A stretch of 62,236 nucleotides of DNA, the filler included, from Babesia bigemina (taxonomy: Eukaryota): the NCBI RefSeq assembly GCF_000981445.1. It is 9 parts of 9 records of this genome, joined end to end, with 100 filler letters (N's around TTAATTAATTAA, not from the genome) between each part and the next. Parts side by side here need not be neighbours in the genome. Positions count along the whole stretch, not along the records: positions 1 to 7,351 come from NW_012237114.1; positions 7,452 to 14,801 come from NW_012237115.1; 7 more parts are not named here. One strand, written 5' to 3'. Positions within the stretch are counted from its first letter, which is position 1. Each line of letters begins with the position of its first letter. The notes under the pieces are model-generated. The model was not told the origin of the DNA. It worked only from the letters and a program-made list of their open reading frames with translations, and searched no databases. Of this stretch, positions 1 through 10,400 are shown one piece after another. The position numbers were made by a program, and so were the translations under genes.

Positions 1-90
1 ACTGTCCACACTCACCTAGCATCACCTACTCACCTAACTTATGAATTGTGCTTAATCTGTTACATTATTAATTGTATGAATTGTGAGCTT
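1..90 (+). other. Conserved 3' flank of a ves-like gene lying just upstream of the window
   Basis: Closely matches the sequence after the stop codons at 7146 and 39835 (actcacctagcatcacctactcacctaacttatgaattgtgc). Confidence 0.7.
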
Positions 91-107
91 GATTGGCACG
101 TGGGTTA

Positions 108-325
108 AGTGTTGACCAACGTGTTTACCAACGTGTTGACCAACGTGTTGACCAACGTGTTTACCAACGTGTTGACCAACGTGTTGACCAATGTGCTGAC
201 CAAAGTGATGACCAAAGTGCTGACCAAGCACCTGACCAAAGTGCTGACCAATGTGGTGACCAACGTGCTGACCAAAGTGGTGACCAATGCCATGACCAAA
301 GTGGTGACCAATGCCATGACCAAGC
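108..325 (+). repeat. 12-bp tandem repeat GTG(C/T/G)TGACCAA(A/C/T)
   Basis: Directly visible tandem units. Confidence 0.95.
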
Positions 326-326
326 T

Positions 327-616
327 GATGGTTACGGCAGCGATGTCATGGTCACGGCAGCGATGACAGTGGTCACGGCAGCGATGACATGGTCACGGCA
401 GCGATGTCTTGGTCACGGCAGCGATGACATGGTTACGGCAGCGATGACATGGTTACGGCAGCGATGGCATGGCTACGGCAGCGATGACATGGTTACGGCA
501 GCGATGACATGGTCACGGCAGCGAGGACATGGTCACTGCAGCGATGACATGGTTACGGCAGCGAGGACATGGTCACTGCAGCGATGACATGGTTACGGCA
601 GCGATGACATGGTCAC
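327..616 (+). repeat. 20-bp tandem repeat ATGGT(C/T)ACGGCAGCGATGAC
   Basis: Directly visible tandem units. Confidence 0.95.
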
Positions 617-630
617 AAGTGGTGATTATT

Positions 631-1760
631 ATCCACTCTACATCGCTGCTTATACACTCCACATCGCTCCCTAATCTACTCTACATCGCTCCCTAACCCA
701 CTCTACATCGCCCCTTAACCCACTCCACATCGCCCCTTACTCCACCTTACATCGCCCCTTTATCCACTCTACATCGCCCCTTTATCCACTCTACATCGCT
801 CCCTTATCCACTCTACATCGCCCCTTTACCTACTCTACATCGCCCCTTAACACACTCTACATCGCCCCTTTACCCACTCTACATCGCCCCTTGGTCCACT
901 CCACATCGCCCCTTATCCACCCTTCATCGCCCCTTTATCCACTCTACATCGCTCCTTTATTTACTCTACATCGCCCCTTAACCCACTCAGCATCGCCCCT
1001 TTATCCACTCTACATCGCCCTTTAATCACTCTACATCGCCCCGTAACCCACTCTACATCGCCCCTTAACCCACTCCACATCGCCCCTTAATCCATCCTAC
1101 ATCGCCCCTTATCCACTCCACATCGCCCTTTAACTCACTCTACATCGCTCCCTAACTCACCCTTCATCGCCCCTTATCCACTCTACATCGCTCCTTAACC
1201 CACTCCACATCGCTCCTTTACCCACTCTACATCGCTCCTTACCCACTCTACATCGCTCCCTAACCCACTCTACATCGCCCCTTAACCTCCTCTAATCGCT
1301 CTTCTATCCACTCCACATCGCTCCTTTATCCACTCTACATCGCTCCCTTACCCACTCTACATCGCTCCCTTATCCACTCCACATCGCCCCTTAACCCACT
1401 CTACATCGCTCCCTAACCCACTCTACATCGCCCCTTAATCTACTCCACATCGCTCCTTTAGTCACTCTACATCGCCCCTTTATCCACTCGTCATCGCCCC
1501 TTTATCCACTCTACATCGCCCCTTTACCCACCCTACATCGCTCCTTAACCCACCCTTCATCGCCCCCTAACCCACTCTACATCGCTCCCTAACCCACTCT
1601 ACATCGCCCCCTAACCCACTCTACACCGCCCCTTAACCCACTCCACATCGCCCCTTATCCACTCCACATCGCTCCTTATCCACTCTACATCGCCCTTTAA
1701 CCCACTCTACATCGCTCCTTAACCCACTCTACATCGCCCCTTTATCCACTCTACATCGCT
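631..1760 (+). repeat. 21-22-bp C-rich tandem array CCACTC(T/C)ACATCGC(C/T)CC(Y)T(W)A(Y), immediately 5' of antigen ORF
   Basis: Directly visible; ends ~25 nt before the ATG at 1786. Confidence 0.95.
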
Positions 1761-1785
1761 CGAATTACTTCGCCATAATATCGCT

Positions 1786-4700
1786 ATGACCTCTATAAAC
1801 CATGACTATAACTTGTGCCCTGTCACCCTTCTCTTCCCCTCTTCCACCTCTTGCCACTGCGCTGACCATGTGCCGCCTAGGGAGCTTGGCAAGGAATTTG
1901 GTAAAATTTTGAACCTTAAAAATACCTTAAAAAACAATCCTACTAACATCCTTACTAACCTCTGTACTGGCCTCGAAAAATTTCTCGGCTTCAACTCTGA
2001 CTCCAAAGGCTACGACGGCACTGGGATTGTGTACTCTGACCTGGATAGGCTGTGTGATGCGGTGATGGGATTTTTGAGTGGTGTTCTCAGTAACATCAAA
2101 GACCATTTAGGGCAGCATAAAGATGAAATTGACATTGCAATTGACACTCTTAACACCAATAAACACGCCGGTAAAAAAGGTTTTAATGTTGCGATTGGAA
2201 GTGTGGTTGAAGGGGTGCGGGGGTATAATGAGAAGGTGATGATTTCTCATAATAAATTAAGTAGTCTTATAAATCGCCTAATTGGGCAGATGGAACTGCT
2301 CAATGATGAAGTGCAAAAATTGACCACTGATGCCGATCTTGAAATCATTAATCAAAAAATTATCGAATGTCTGCAACAGGTTAAGTACTATGAAGCAGAT
2401 ATGGAGCGTGCGGAGAAAGATGTGGAGGATTTAGAAGACCACTTCGAGTGTAGAGTACGATACTTCAATAGGCTTATTAGTTGTCAAGCGGATAGGCTTA
2501 TGGATATTTGGCGTAAGCAACAAGATGATCTGCAGCAGGTGGAGGCTGTTGTAGTTAGGCAGCTCGACATAACTAGAAGGGAGATATATAATGCATGTGC
2601 GCATAAAACCAGGGAATCTATACAAAAACTAAGCGCACATATTTATAAACTCAGGGCAGTAATTGAAAACGTTAATACCACGTTGTCACAGGATCTTAAT
2701 GACCTGCAACAGTGGATCACGAAAGCGGATGAGGTTGTTGATTTGGCGTTGGCTAAGGTAACGGACATCGTCAGTGAAGCTACCGGTGCTCATGGAAAAC
2801 AGCATAAACAAAATCTAATAGACGCTGTACACAATTTGAAGCAAAAAGGTTTGGATTGGTGCGACGCGTATGAAAGTGCAAAAAGATCGCTTGTCGCATT
2901 GGTAAAAAATGCTAGAGATGCGGTTGGAAAATTGGACGAAATAATCATGGAAGATTTAGGAAAGCTGGAGCAGAAAATGAAAAGTGCGATAACTGAATAC
3001 ATCCAAAAGGCACAAAAACGTTTCAATGAGATTAAGGAAAAAACGCTTGGTATAGACGGCAAATCAACAAAAGGTGGCGTATATCGTTATTGGAGTGATT
3101 TAAAAGCAGAGGTTAGCGCTCTTATTGGAAAGATTAATCGCGGTGAGAATGGAAGTATGAGTCCACATTATGAAGGTCTGGAAGGAACTAAGGAAAGAAT
3201 ACGAGAGTATGCAAAGGAGTTCACGAATTTCGACCAAAAGGTAGAAGCTTGGATCAGAGAAATTCTCCAGCATAATGGAGGAGTGAAGAAGTGGCTTGAG
3301 GCGTACGTGGAGAATAACACTGGCGGTGGGAAGGATTATTTTAATTCGACATTTTTGAACCCTCATAGCAACAAAATGAAAGATGGACAAACCGACACGA
3401 TTGCGACAAAAATTAGAACGAAATTAGATATCAGCGTTGAAGACCCTATAATTCCGGTCGGAAATGATAGCAGCGTTGAAGCAAACATCGACGCAGTTAG
3501 ACAACGCATCAACACTTTCGTTGCCGCACTGGAGAGAAAAATTGAGGGTGGGAAAATCACAGCGTCCGGTGATACAGCTACGCTCGTCACTACTATAGTT
3601 GAGGCCATTGAGCAAGACGCGTTGAAGGACAAAAAAGTCACACTGGACAAAAAAGGTTATAACGACTATTTCCTTGAGCGTGCAGTTAAAACCACACTTG
3701 CAGCGTTGTACTCGGCAATTCGGCGTGTTAACGAGGAGCTAAAATCTTTCACCACTACAATAAACATAAGAGGAGTCGGGCAATACAATTTAGGGAAGAA
3801 CCTAGATAACGTCATCGATGGGGTGAAGAAAATTAGACATAAATTTAGTTTTCCATCCGATAGTGGCAGGAATATCACGAACACATTGGAGGCCCTCAAG
3901 TGCGACATTGATCAGCTTAACCAAATCCTTCAAACGAAAAACATTGAAGATGAAATTGAAATAGAAATGACTGATTATGTCAGCGGCAATAGGCAGCAGC
4001 TGAGGAATAGAATGCCGAAATACCATATCCATACAACGAATAATGAGCGGAATAATACCCTAGCAAATGCAATTAGAAACATATCTGAGAAGGTGCTGGA
4101 TGCGTTTAATGACACTGCAGCGGTGGCAAATAATGGTAACATACACAAGGCTGCTTCAGATGTGATTCACAACAAACTTCCTGCGCTGTGTGATGCAATT
4201 ATAAAAGAGGCACAAGGCGACGGCTCCAGCCTTAAAGCCAGATTGGACGAATTGAAGAGGGTGTTGATTGGGCGAGAAAATAATGGAAAACTTAAACAGA
4301 TACTAGGGAAACTAAAGGTACTGCAAGAGAACAGATTAAGCGCAATTATTGAACAGGCCCAAAATATCCTAATACATGCTTCTGCCGAATGCGAGCAGAG
4401 CGTTGAACAACTACAACTATACATCCAGCGACACATAAATGGCTTCCAAACTGCCATCACTCGCGATCTCAAAACAAGATACGTTGGATTCATAAGAGCA
4501 CAGGCGCAGGCATTCGTCATGAGAGTGAACGTGGAACATCATGAACTTCCAAAGGAGATCATGAAAGACGCCGATAAGAGGTACAAGGGTTTTATGAGAC
4601 TGCTACGTGAAAATGTGAACCAATATATTGACGTTTCGTCGACCGAAGATTTCACATTGAAAACATTCGCCCTTTACGCTCAAACGTCTTTCCTTGGTCT

Positions 4701-7146
4701 ATTAGACTCTGTCAACAACGACAAAAACATATTGCCCAAACCTACTAAAATCACTGAGCTCCGTGACGCTATTAATAATTTGTTTACCTCCCTATCCACC
4801 TTCAACCGCCCCTTCGTTCGCAACCTCTCCGCCCTTTCCTCCCTCCTCGCAACCATCCGCCCCGCATCCTACTCCGACGCTAGCAACCCCCTGCTCGACT
4901 GTCTTAAAAAGGGCGTGCAGGGGATGTGCGAGGAGCTAGCGAAGGCGTACGTTAATAGCTATGATGATGGACAACAAATACGATGGCAGTCCTTTGACGA
5001 ACAAACTGAACAAAAGTTGTCTAAGATATGTCTCACAGTATTGCCGATGCTTCATACTGCGCTCAGTGTATTGAGAAAGCATTGTAACAGCAAATGCAAA
5101 TGGCATCAAATTAACAAAGAAACGGATCTCGGTACTTTTTTATCTCTTAAAGGCTTCGTAGTATCGGACAGAGGAAACCAGAACGGTGAGTTGCAGGATA
5201 GAAAGACCATGCAGGGTCAACATCTTCATGCTCGCCTCGTTAGTTCCGGTGATTATGGGCACATTTACCACAACGATAAGGATACTAAATATCCACTTGA
5301 ACTGCTCAACGAGTATCTGACGAATTATTACCAAGTGTCTCACATACCCGCTTTCTCCTCCAAGAAACTACCGTGTTCCGTATATGAAATGCTGCTTTGG
5401 CTGTCCGGCTTACAGTGCAACTCCGTATATGATGACTTGTTAGACGTCGCTGTGAGTGATTTATTTGTTGATCCAAATAAGCAGGCGACAGGCGACGATG
5501 AAATCTCGGTATCGGTAATCGGACCGGAACCTGTAGTGGCTCACCCAGACAACCTAACATATGTTAATACACGAAAAGCGGTAACGCACATATGCTCAAC
5601 TTCATATGACGTTCTATGCACGATTGCGGGAACAGGTGACGCATACACTGTCTACGCTGTCGATTACTGCGGTAACTACCTTAATCTATCGTATCCTGCA
5701 GATCCATCGCAATGTTTAGATATGCTTCTCGACATTCTTCGTAGATTATTCCCGCAGCTACGATACTTGCAAAACCAATGTATGTTAACAAGTGAACATT
5801 ACGGTTGGCGTGACTGTGAGTACGGCCGAGATGTCCCCTCCGCCAAGTTACCATGTAAGCAGCATCCAAGTAACGAACCAACGAGTCAACCAAACACCCA
5901 ACCAACGTGCCAAGCAAATAGTCAACCAAAACGCAAACCAAATTGTCAACCAACGTCGCCACTTATGTCGTACCTAAACGATTGCCTTCCTGGCCATCTA
6001 CCTCATCAGCTTAGCAAAATTGGTTGCAAGTACGAGTGTTTGACGTGTCCTTCAACATCCAAGAAAGGTGCGCCTTGCCTAACCCCGCTTGGCTTTAGAT
6101 GCTTTTCAGGGAGTACAACAACAGGTGAGAGAATATGTGACATCCTGGGAACATTCTTCTCTAACATTTCTTCGTCATCGTTATTCTGTCTTCTCACACA
6201 ACCACCGGCAACCTTACCAGAGCATTTTAGCTTCACGTTGTCTTTCATTAAGTGCCTTGAAGTCTCGGAAAAGACATCAAGTGGAGATGACACCACACTA
6301 AAAGATGCATTTAGGACAGCTGTAGGTGAGCAGTCAATTGAGTTGTATACTGACTCCACCGATCTTACACATGCTCTGACTAACGCGTACGGTTCAACAT
6401 CTCCCTACCATGGTAAATGCGAGCATTCCCACCTTCGAAATCTTACAACATCTCGTAGCTGTAAAGAAAAACAGAATCCGGCAATTGAGTGCGCTCCGTA
6501 TCTATCAACTCTGTGCCACGATGCTTATTACTACCTTGCCGTGAAGCACTCAAACCTCTACCTTTCATGGTCACTGTACTTACCATGGAATTTCTGGAAG
6601 TTACTGAACAACCTGTACGATGAATTTTGCAATATCTTCTGTCAAGATTGGGGTTGCCGTAACTGCCTTCAAAACGGCAAGTGCAGACGTGGGCAACATG
6701 GCTTCGTTCAGCAAGTGGTAGGACAACCTAACAAACCGCATTGTCAATGCAGTTCAATAGTCGAATGCAAAGGTGTGCCACCACTGCTGTTCAAATATGG
6801 GTTGACATTCCGAGATGTCAAGCATCTAAACCACAAAACGTACCCTAATACGTGCACGGATTTCTGCAGTCAATTAAAATATGTCTTGGAGTCTAATTAT
6901 TTTACCAAATTATTTGAAGAGTGCGACAACTTCCTCTGGAAAATCCGTGAACCCTTCTCCTACCTTGTCCTCGCCCTCTGGCTCCTCTCTTTGTTGTACC
7001 TGCTCCACATCATGGTCATCCGCCTCGACCTGCTCCACATCAAATCGCATCTACACTCACCCTCATCACATCGCATCGCTGCTCAATCGCTGTTGGCTGC
7101 TGCACGCGTTAACAAGCTTAACAGGGTGTTTTACCTGCAGCCTTAA
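1786..7146 (+). CDS. ves-like variant erythrocyte surface antigen family protein (Babesia; NKLNRVFYLQP tail class)
   Basis: 1786-aa ORF with LEKFLGF..KGYDGTGIVYSDLDRLCDAVMGFL, helical body, CQP repeat, SPLMSYLNDCLPGHLPH, C-terminal TM and LDLLHIKSHL..YLQP tail; five paralogues in the window. Alternative start at ATG 2065. Confidence 0.85.
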   Translation: MTSINHDYNLCPVTLLFPSSTSCHCADHVPPRELGKEFGKILNLKNTLKNNPTNILTNLCTGLEKFLGFNSDSKGYDGTGIVYSDLDRLCDAVMGFLSGVLSNIKDHLGQHKDEIDIAIDTLNTNKHAGKKGFNVAIGSVVEGVRGYNEKVMISHNKLSSLINRLIGQMELLNDEVQKLTTDADLEIINQKIIECLQQVKYYEADMERAEKDVEDLEDHFECRVRYFNRLISCQADRLMDIWRKQQDDLQQVEAVVVRQLDITRREIYNACAHKTRESIQKLSAHIYKLRAVIENVNTTLSQDLNDLQQWITKADEVVDLALAKVTDIVSEATGAHGKQHKQNLIDAVHNLKQKGLDWCDAYESAKRSLVALVKNARDAVGKLDEIIMEDLGKLEQKMKSAITEYIQKAQKRFNEIKEKTLGIDGKSTKGGVYRYWSDLKAEVSALIGKINRGENGSMSPHYEGLEGTKERIREYAKEFTNFDQKVEAWIREILQHNGGVKKWLEAYVENNTGGGKDYFNSTFLNPHSNKMKDGQTDTIATKIRTKLDISVEDPIIPVGNDSSVEANIDAVRQRINTFVAALERKIEGGKITASGDTATLVTTIVEAIEQDALKDKKVTLDKKGYNDYFLERAVKTTLAALYSAIRRVNEELKSFTTTINIRGVGQYNLGKNLDNVIDGVKKIRHKFSFPSDSGRNITNTLEALKCDIDQLNQILQTKNIEDEIEIEMTDYVSGNRQQLRNRMPKYHIHTTNNERNNTLANAIRNISEKVLDAFNDTAAVANNGNIHKAASDVIHNKLPALCDAIIKEAQGDGSSLKARLDELKRVLIGRENNGKLKQILGKLKVLQENRLSAIIEQAQNILIHASAECEQSVEQLQLYIQRHINGFQTAITRDLKTRYVGFIRAQAQAFVMRVNVEHHELPKEIMKDADKRYKGFMRLLRENVNQYIDVSSTEDFTLKTFALYAQTSFLGLLDSVNNDKNILPKPTKITELRDAINNLFTSLSTFNRPFVRNLSALSSLLATIRPASYSDASNPLLDCLKKGVQGMCEELAKAYVNSYDDGQQIRWQSFDEQTEQKLSKICLTVLPMLHTALSVLRKHCNSKCKWHQINKETDLGTFLSLKGFVVSDRGNQNGELQDRKTMQGQHLHARLVSSGDYGHIYHNDKDTKYPLELLNEYLTNYYQVSHIPAFSSKKLPCSVYEMLLWLSGLQCNSVYDDLLDVAVSDLFVDPNKQATGDDEISVSVIGPEPVVAHPDNLTYVNTRKAVTHICSTSYDVLCTIAGTGDAYTVYAVDYCGNYLNLSYPADPSQCLDMLLDILRRLFPQLRYLQNQCMLTSEHYGWRDCEYGRDVPSAKLPCKQHPSNEPTSQPNTQPTCQANSQPKRKPNCQPTSPLMSYLNDCLPGHLPHQLSKIGCKYECLTCPSTSKKGAPCLTPLGFRCFSGSTTTGERICDILGTFFSNISSSSLFCLLTQPPATLPEHFSFTLSFIKCLEVSEKTSSGDDTTLKDAFRTAVGEQSIELYTDSTDLTHALTNAYGSTSPYHGKCEHSHLRNLTTSRSCKEKQNPAIECAPYLSTLCHDAYYYLAVKHSNLYLSWSLYLPWNFWKLLNNLYDEFCNIFCQDWGCRNCLQNGKCRRGQHGFVQQVVGQPNKPHCQCSSIVECKGVPPLLFKYGLTFRDVKHLNHKTYPNTCTDFCSQLKYVLESNYFTKLFEECDNFLWKIREPFSYLVLALWLLSLLYLLHIMVIRLDLLHIKSHLHSPSSHRIAAQSLLAAARVNKLNRVFYLQP

Positions 7147-7273
7147 TCGTACTCACGTGCTTACTGTCTACACTCACCTAGCATATCACCTACTCACCTA
7201 ACATAAGAATTGTTGTTTAAGCTGTTGTATCACTTATTAATCGTTGTATGTGATTGTGTAGTACAAAGTTAAT

Positions 7274-7351
7274 GTGTTGGCTAAGGTGCTGACCAACGTG
7301 TTGACCAATGTGCTGCCCAAAGTGTTGACCAATGTGTTGACCAATGTGCTG
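7274..7351 (+). repeat. 12-bp TGACCAA repeat, truncated by gap
   Basis: Same unit as 108-325. Confidence 0.85.
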
Positions 7352-7451
7352 NNNNNNNNNNNNNNNNNNNNNNNNNNNNNNNNNNNNNNNNNNNNTTAAT
7401 TAATTAANNNNNNNNNNNNNNNNNNNNNNNNNNNNNNNNNNNNNNNNNNNN
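7352..7451. other. Artificial contig linker (N44-TTAATTAATTAA-N44)
   Basis: Six-frame stop linker within N runs, exactly 100 nt, eight identical copies in the window. Confidence 0.97.
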
Positions 7452-10400
7452 GGAGCAGTTCGAGCCGGATGACCATGATGTGGAGGAGGTAGAGGAAGGA
7501 GAGGAGCCAGAGGGCGACGTTGAGCCAGATGAAGGGTTCTCTGATGGTGAAAATGAATTCATCACATTGCTTAAACAGTTCTTCGAAATGTTGCGATTGA
7601 AGCACATTTTGCAACTGTTTTTGAATGTCGAAGCACGTCTTCTTCGTCGTTTTATCACCCAACAACCATGGCACGCCAAACCTGAATCCATAGCTGTACA
7701 GTGTCGGTGACACGCCTCTGCAAGCAACTAATGAGGGACACTTACAAGCCGACTGAGAGTCACCGTGTTTTCCTCGTCTGCAGGCATCGCCCTGCATACA
7801 CGTTTTGCAGCCCCAATCTTGACAAGAGATGGCGCAGAGTGAATTGTATAAGCTGTTCAGCAGGTCCCAAAATGTCCACGGGAGATACACCGACCAGGAG
7901 AGGTAAGTGTCGGAATTTTTCCTGAGGAGGTGACGATAAGTGTCGCTGCAGAGAGGTGAAAGGTATGGACCGCAGTGCTGACCGGGACATTCTACAGTCA
8001 TCGACAGACTTGACAAGTCACCTCTTATAATTTCTTCTTCGGCTTTAGCAGGCTGTTCATTATGCTTTTTAGTCTCATGACTACTCTGACTGCTACCGTA
8101 AGCGTCACGAAGAGCATCAGTAAGTGTACTGGTCTCCTTGTAAAGACTAATGGACTGCTTATCTATTGATGTTGCAAACACTGATTGGAATCCGTTGTTG
8201 TATGTCGATGTCAAACCAGCATACCACCCTTTCACCAGCGACAAAGTAAAGCCGAAATGTTCAGCCAATGTCGCCGGTGGACTCTGCGCCAGTGCAAATA
8301 AGCATGAAACGTCATCGGAATTCAGGAATTCATCGAGTATTTTGCAAAGCACTTTACCGGTTTTGGTAGAGCCGGAGAAAGCCCTGAAACCAAGTGGCGT
8401 CAAACAGGGCATCCCCTTCGATTTGGGGGAGCACGTTTTACACTCTGATTTGCAACCGATTGATTCCAACCTGTGAGGCAAATGTCCGGGTAGGCAATCG
8501 TTGAAGTAGCTCATCAATGGAGAAGCTGGCTGGCAGTTTGCCTGGGTGTTTGGTTGGCACGCTGCCTTGCACGTCGGTTGACAGTTTGCTTGGCACTTTG
8601 GTTGCTTTCTTGGGTGGTCCTCACACTGCCAATTCGAGTGGTCGACTGCCTTGCCATATTGACAGTCACGCCATCCGTAGATTGATGACGGGTGACCGCA
8701 CTGCCCTTCCAAGTATCTGAGAACGTACCACAGCCGGCGGAGTATGTCTAAGAACGTATGCAGGCAATCTTCGCCGCTCGCTGGGTACGTGAACCTGAGC
8801 GCATTGTTGGAGAAGTCAGACGCATAGACGGTTAATTCATCCCCGGTGCCGAGGATCGTAGTGAGGAGCGTAGGTGCATTTGTGCAGACGTTCTCAACTG
8901 TTTTCAATATAACTTCAGCCGTTATCATCGAAGTCTGCTCTAGTTTCAGTTCGTAGTCTTGTAGCTTGTTATATTCCCAATCCTTGAGTTTTTCGGGCTT
9001 GACGCAACATTTCCTAATGTGGTCCTCCAATTTGCCATAAACCTGATGATGTGGTAACCCAGTCAGCCACACCAGCATTTCGTAGACATTACATGGCGTT
9101 CTTGGTTTGTCGATGTGAATTAAGTGGCATACCTTGAAGTATTTCTTAAGGTATGCAAACAGATCGAATAACACGCACTTTTCCTCAACGACTTGAATTA
9201 TCAGCTCATCGGAATCGTCGTTCGTTAACTCGGATGCTTTATGTGACTGATCACTAATATAAAGCAACTTATGTATACCGGTTGTTAAATGACCAAAAAT
9301 ACGTCTACCATCGCACTCCGTCCGGTGATTCAACTCTCCATGTTTGGCGTTAACAGCTAGACCAGTATCGTACCCATGCTCAGTGAAGAACAGCCGATGC
9401 AGGCTGTGATGGGAACTATCAGCGTCATATATTTTGTACTTCTTCCATTTACCGTCTTCGTTGTCAAGCTTCTCTTTGAGCTCACTTAGTGAGTCGGTCA
9501 CCATAGGCACTATGCTGAGACACACCTTCGAGCACTTCCGGCCGTACTCGGTTAAAGAGTCTTTTTTGTCATCAGTTGTAATCAACTTGTCTTCGAACGT
9601 TTCCATCGAATACCGCGATATGTACTGCTTCTGCAACTCCGTAACAAAACCGTTCATTCCACGTTTCAATATGTCTCCCAACTCGGGATGGTGGGTGTTC
9701 TGAAATTGCTTAGGTGCGAATGTCGTTACTTTGGTCGTCAGGTTTTCTAAGTTTTTGCTGAAGGTGTCGTCGAATTGCTTCGAAGCGTAGAGGTCGTCGA
9801 GGAGCGTATGGGAAAGGAGGGAGATGGACCTGACGTCGCTTTTGAGTGCGCTGTCGCCGGCGACTTGGCCTTTGATGTAGTCCATGAGCGGGGTGAAGAA
9901 CTTGTTGGAGTTGAGGGACATTGATGGTAGATCATTCTGACTCGATAATGTCTTAATCTGGCTTATATTAACATTGAGCGTCTTCATCAACTTCTTGATT
10001 CCGGAGTCTTGGTCGGTTTGAACTGCGGCGATGATTTTTTGGTTGTGGGTGGCGAATGTGGATTTCAAAGTATCATGGAGACCTTTAAGTTTTGCGTGAT
10101 ACCGCTTTTTTGCAGTTTCTCTAATTGATTCTTCGTGATTATTAATATGCTTTTCGAACATTGATTGGACACCTTCAATATACTCCGTAGCCTCTTGCTC
10201 GGTTTCAATTAGTATTCTGTTAACTTCTTTCTTCAATCTCATCATGTCTGCTTTCTCCAGATTTAGAAAACATTTATGGATGATAGTGAGGATCTGGGCT
10301 TTCTTACCATCGATTGCCCACGTCTCCTGATTACCAAAAATACCACTGTCTTTCAAATCTGCCAATCTGTTAATAACGCCATCATTTCCATTTTTGTGAC

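Noticed and set aside
93..587. ORFs in the 12-, 20- and 24-bp arrays (also 21650-22219, 39924-40403, 43316-44027, 59087-59620, 61279-61702)
   Set aside because: Open in several frames because the repeat units lack stops; mostly non-ATG starts and no conserved boundaries
1786..7146. Bacterial Ebh, SMC or phage tape-measure identity for the large helical ORFs
   Set aside because: Any resemblance is generic helical or coiled-coil composition; the C-terminal Cys-rich, TM and tail architecture and the telomeric context indicate a piroplasm ves-related family
7352..7451. Palindromic TTAATTAATTAA as a biological site
   Set aside because: Identical in eight 100-nt N gaps; it is a six-frame-stop contig linker, so ORFs ending ..XXXLIN or ..XXXN are artefacts
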